A DNA stretch of 64,000 nucleotides from Amoebophrya sp. A120 (taxonomy: Eukaryota > Protista > Dinoflagellata), in contig CAJINV010000003.1 in assembly GCA_905178155.1 (NCBI GenBank), positions 4,375,863-4,439,862 on the forward strand, given 5' to 3'. The position numbers and the translations under genes were made by a program. This document shows positions 59,450 to 64,000 of this stretch, piece by piece; position 1 is the first letter of the stretch, and each line of letters begins with the position of its first letter. The notes under the pieces are model-generated. The model worked only from the letters and a program-made list of their open reading frames with translations, was not told the DNA's origin and searched no databases.

Positions 59450-61372
59450 TTACTTCTTCTTGGCTTCGAAGACCTTGGCCTCGACGGAGACCACCTTTCC
59501 CAACATGACGACACCGTTTCCGTCCATGAAAGCGACACGGGACAGACCCTCGCAGTTCTTGAAGGAATCGGCAACCAACGGCTGCTGCGGCTCGAAGGTG
59601 ACCTGCGCCATCTCGTTGGACTTCAAGGAGTGGGGATCTTCCATCTTCTTACCACCAGTCTCCTTACCCATCTTCCACTTCAAAGCGGAGATACGGCAAG
59701 CCGCACGCCCGCAGCGGACGAAGCCGATCGGAGAGTACCCGACCTTGATCTCGTTCGGGATGTCCAAAACCTGTATTCGGTCGAGGAAGCATCATCATCA
59801 TCATCTTGCTAGCATAAAACAAAAACGCACTGCAAAACATTAAAGATCAAAATCAATTGCTTGCAAAATCAGTAATCAACGTCAACACACACTACGCAGG
59901 GTCTGTACTTGAATCTGAGCATCGAAGGCCTTGACGGCGGACAGCGTGGTGTCCTTCTTGTAGATCATGACATCACCACCACGGGGCATGTTCTGCTTGT
60001 CCAAGTTCTTCACGTTCATACCGACGTTGTCACCCGGCTTGGCTTCCGGAACAGCCTTGTGGTGCATCTCGATCTGGAACACCTTACCAGCGCAGGCGTT
60101 AGCGGCGGTGTGGGTCGGCAAGAAGATGACTTCCTCGTTCGGCTTGACAATACCCTGCTCAACACGTCCGGCGAGCACATCACCGACACCCTTGATCTTG
60201 TAGATACCTGCGTGTTTGTTCAGTGAGAATTCAAAAGCCTAGATCGCTGCAATCCAAAAAACCCTACCAATTACCATATTTCGTGCGAAGAGGCTAGAGG
60301 GAAGGCCAAAACATTTTCGTACCAGAGATCGGCAGGCGCATCGGGGCATCGATGGGGCGCTCCGGAACGCGGCACATGTTGTTCAAGCAGTCGTACAAGG
60401 TATCGACGTGGATGGTCTCAGAGCCGACCTTGACATCGGCACCCTTCCACCAGGCCATGTTGGTGGTCTTCTTGACCAAGTTGTCACCACACCAGCCGGA
60501 GATCGGCATGAACGGCACGCCGCTCTCGACGAAGTCCTTCTTCCAGCCGACCTTTCCCAACATGTTGCGCATCTCGTTGGCGATCTCGTCATAACGAGTC
60601 TGCTTGTAGCCGGCGGTATCGCAGTCCATCTTGTTGATCCCGATAATGATCTGCTTGACACCCAGCAAGTTGATCAAACGGGAGTGCTGGCGGGTCTGTC
60701 CCTGGATCTCACCAGCCTTGTGGTTGCCGCGCTGGATGGCGGTGGTGAAGTTACCTGAGTGTCAAGTTAGTTGCTGATTTCTCACTCTCGCAGGACGGAT
60801 GCACACTTTCATGTTTCGCGAAATGAAACCGCTCTTCAAGAAAATCGTCAGAAAGAAAAAAAAAGTACGCAATACCATCGGCCGGGACCATAATCATGGC
60901 GACATCAGCCTGGGAAGCACCGGTAATCATGTTCTTGATGAAATCGCGGTGACCCGGGGCGTCAATGATGGTGTAGTGCCATTTCTCCGTGAAGAACTCC
61001 TTGGTGGTAACGGAAATGGTCACACCGCGCTCACGCTCCTCCTTCTGACGATCCATGTAGAAGGCGAAAGCGAAGGAGGACTTTCCCAAGCGGTCAGCCT
61101 CGGCCTTCAGCTTTTCCAACTCACGCTCCGGAATACCACCTGCAATTTTTTGGAAAGAATGAATTCGGTTCTTCCTGAAAATTGCGCCTCATTGAGGAAA
61201 ACATCGCTATGACATGACACGCACATGCGAGAGATACTACCTCCGCCCAAACGTCATCAAGAAAAAACGAATGCTTACCCAACTCGAAGAGCAGGTGGCC
61301 GGTGGTCGTGGACTTTCCGGAGTCGACGTGACCGCAGATCACGATGGACAAATGCTCCTTGCCTTCGGTCAT
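59450..61372 (-). CDS. EFL: Elongation factor-like GTPase, 5 exons
   Basis: [62 protein letters not shown]: EFL-type rather than eEF1A signatures. Confidence 0.93.
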
Positions 61373-61995
61373 TTTGTTTTTTGTGTGGGTCTTAAGAGAC
61401 AAAGGAAAAAATTGATGAATGCAACACAGAATCTGCGAGTCAACAAGGACTACTGACGAGTTTCGCTGTCGAGATGAGTGAATAACAATAATTCGAATAT
61501 CCACAGGAAATTCTACTTAAGGTTTGGTGCAGAAAAGAAAATGGCGTGATCCGTCGTGTGAAGGAGCGACTGTATACTACACACCGGATCCATATGTCGC
61601 AAAGATCTTCACTCTTTTTGCTTCAGGATCTTATCGTGAGAGATCGCCATTCGAAATTTCAAATAGATTTTCACGATTGTACGATCCTGTTACTAGTAAG
61701 ATCAACCACTTCCGATCGAGGCCTGACATTGAATTTTGTCTTTGAGAGACAGTCCCGAGCATCTGCTTCAGACCTATGCGAACTACGACACTGGAACTGC
61801 AGTTGCACTCGCAAAAACGCATGTAGAACAGGCAGCAAAAGTGAAGCACTGGATCTTGGCGACTCGCCGTCTCGCGTGCAATGGACCACCAGATTTTCGC
61901 TAAACAAAAACTCTTCTTCCACACACTAGTACTCGAGAGCTATTTCAACATGCCGAAAGCGGGTAAAGACCCAAAGGTCAACATCACAATCCAGC

Positions 61996-63614
61996 TTAGA
62001 ATGTAGGACGACTCAAGTTGGCCAGCCCCACGCCGACGCAAGATAGGACGACAGAATCGTCCTCTTGCTGTCGCATTTTGAACTCAACGTTGAAGAAATC
62101 CTTCATGTGCCGCAGGTACTCGATCGTCGTCGGCGTCAACTTTCCTACCCGTACTCGGCTCGCCTCGTCCTCCTCTGCGAGGGCGACGTAGTGCAATAGC
62201 AGCACTTGATGCGTCGTGTCCACGCATCCACCCAGAGCCAATTCGGAGAGCAGGCGACACGCGCCTGCCTTCCCCAGAGCGAAAGGCACATCCTGCAACT
62301 GCTCCTTCGTCAGCGCAGCAGTTCGCTCTTTTGTCTTGTCAGCGTTCTTGCGCTCCGAGTTGTCATCGCCATGCTCGTCGTTTTCGCTGCTGTCACTCAT
62401 TTCTGCATCCGAGTCGGCAGCTGTTGCGGCTTCCTCAAACATGGCCTTCTCGGTTGCTGAGAGATCGCCGTTGCTGAAGACGTCGATGCTCTTGTAGGTC
62501 CCATCCACAGACTCCGCCACGAGGGAGAGGCCAAACCTGATTTTACTTTTTTCTAATAACGAGCGTTATAACGCACCTGACTAGCAAAACTCAACAATTC
62601 AAAATCCATCCTGCATCAATGGCGAGAGTACGAGGAGCAAGCCCTTCTTAAAGAAATTTAAAGAAATTCGTACCCTCTGCTTTTCACGCCCTCGTCGTCG
62701 GTTTTCTTTCCCTTTTCAGCTGGCTTGTCGTGGTCCGCAAAGATCCAGACGTCTGGTAGGAAGTCGTTTAGCAAGCCGCGCGCCGCGTCACACATTCGCG
62801 TGGCGTATTGTGGAGTCACACCGCTAGTGAAAGCCACTCCGCGCACTCGCTTGCACCGGAAGTCCTCAATAAGATTCAGGGGTCGGACGCGGGCCAGCGT
62901 CGGGCAGTGAAAGAGCACTTCGCCCTTGGTGGCTGGAACTGCGTCGTCTTCCGCGCTTGCGCGACCGCAACCGCGTCGCAAGACCTGGAAAGTCAGCTGC
63001 TCGGTCGCGAAGTTTGTTTGGTTTGTGTGCAGATACACGTTCTGCTGCGGCACCGTCCCGTTCAGCGCCGTGTTATTCGTCGTCTTCTCCGACATTTGTT
63101 CCCCAAACTCCGGCTGCACGTATCGCTGCGGCGCGAACATTTTCCTCAGCCAGGGCAAGGTGACACTGCGGAAACTATCAACCGAGAGGTCGGTGCCATC
63201 GTTGGTCACGCCAACCAGTTTCAACTTCGTCAGGTTGCGCGCGAACGGCAGGAGGAGCGCGAGTGCTTCCAACCAGTATCCGAGAGACCGACTCGCCGGG
63301 CATTCGTGCACGATCACCCGGTCCTTACATCCGACTAGCTGTCCAGGTTCGTATCGAAGCTGCGTCCCCGTGTTGTTGATTTGGATCTTCGCTCCATCGG
63401 TGATTTTGTCCAGCAGCCGAATGAAGTTGCTTTCGTAGTCCCGCAGCCCAGGTCGCCGGTCCTCCGTGCGAATCTGCTTGATCAGGATCGGCCGGCCTGA
63501 CAGCGTCGACAGCACCAGGCGCTGCCGAAAGTGGTTGGCTCCCTCGTAGTGCAAAAACCTGTTACTCGGCTGTGATGGCCCAGAGCTGCTGCTGCTTGCC
63601 GTAGGGGCAGTCAT
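61996..63614 (-). CDS. RCL1: RNA 3'-terminal phosphate cyclase-like protein, 2 exons
   Basis: FRQRLVLSTLSG, PGLRDYE, RSLGYWLEAL, LNDFLPDVWIF, GGCVD, CVGVGLANLSR. Confidence 0.92.
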
Positions 63615-64000
63615 TTTTGTGTATTCACAGCTACTACTTGGAAAAGTTTTTGGAACGCCAACGGACAGCGGTGCAAACACAAACTGAATCAAATTACGTA
63701 AGGCTGGGGTACTGCTTACTTAGGCACAAAATCCTGTCGATCGGTGTGGAGGAACGGAGGCAACATGTCACGATTAACAACACACGCAGTAGCAATTTAA
63801 AGAGCTTTCTATTTCCACATACTTTGGCTTAATTTCGATATGCACCACGAACGACCGAACTTCTGATCGTCGACTTCGTTTTGCCTTTTTTTTTTCTGAT
63901 CCAGAGCGCTGATCCTCTATTCACTTGTGCGATCGAGAATTGCGAATTTATGCCTGATCCTGCTGATCATTTGCAAATACCATTACACGATCATCACGAT

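Noticed and set aside
59450-61372. Canonical eEF1A
   Set aside because: Sequence signatures are EFL-type
1-64000. Dinoflagellate spliced-leader relics, tRNA, rRNA
   Set aside because: No convincing match seen by eye; the rRNA-like strings at 15145 and 32000 are snoRNA guides

Overview
Eukaryotic, gene-dense window with spliceosomal introns. The EFL gene, compact GT-AG introns and long single-strand gene array suggest a dinoflagellate-lineage alveolate, possibly a syndinian such as Amoebophrya (inference). About 17 protein genes, all on the minus strand: tandem-PKD2 channel, transcription cyclin, Rab1, TMEM65-GAF, RPS16, large SPRY protein, RAD5/SNF2-RING ATPase, REX1-B, sphingolipid C9-methyltransferase, trefoil protein, EMC3, ER DnaJ, HIT plus double P-loop protein, EFL, RCL1 and unknowns. 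Main find: three copies of a MITE-like intron-generating element (TATC...GATA terminal inverted repeats, 5-bp target duplications ending in G) that form complete introns in EMC3 (two) and DnaJ (one). The TSD/TIR junctions create the GT donors and two of the three AG acceptors. One copy contains a nested insertion with a 15-bp TSD. Also found: two copies of a double-guide box C/D snoRNA (U38/snR61-like), and GATC clusters upstream of several genes. Gene models were spliced by hand and lack transcript support.
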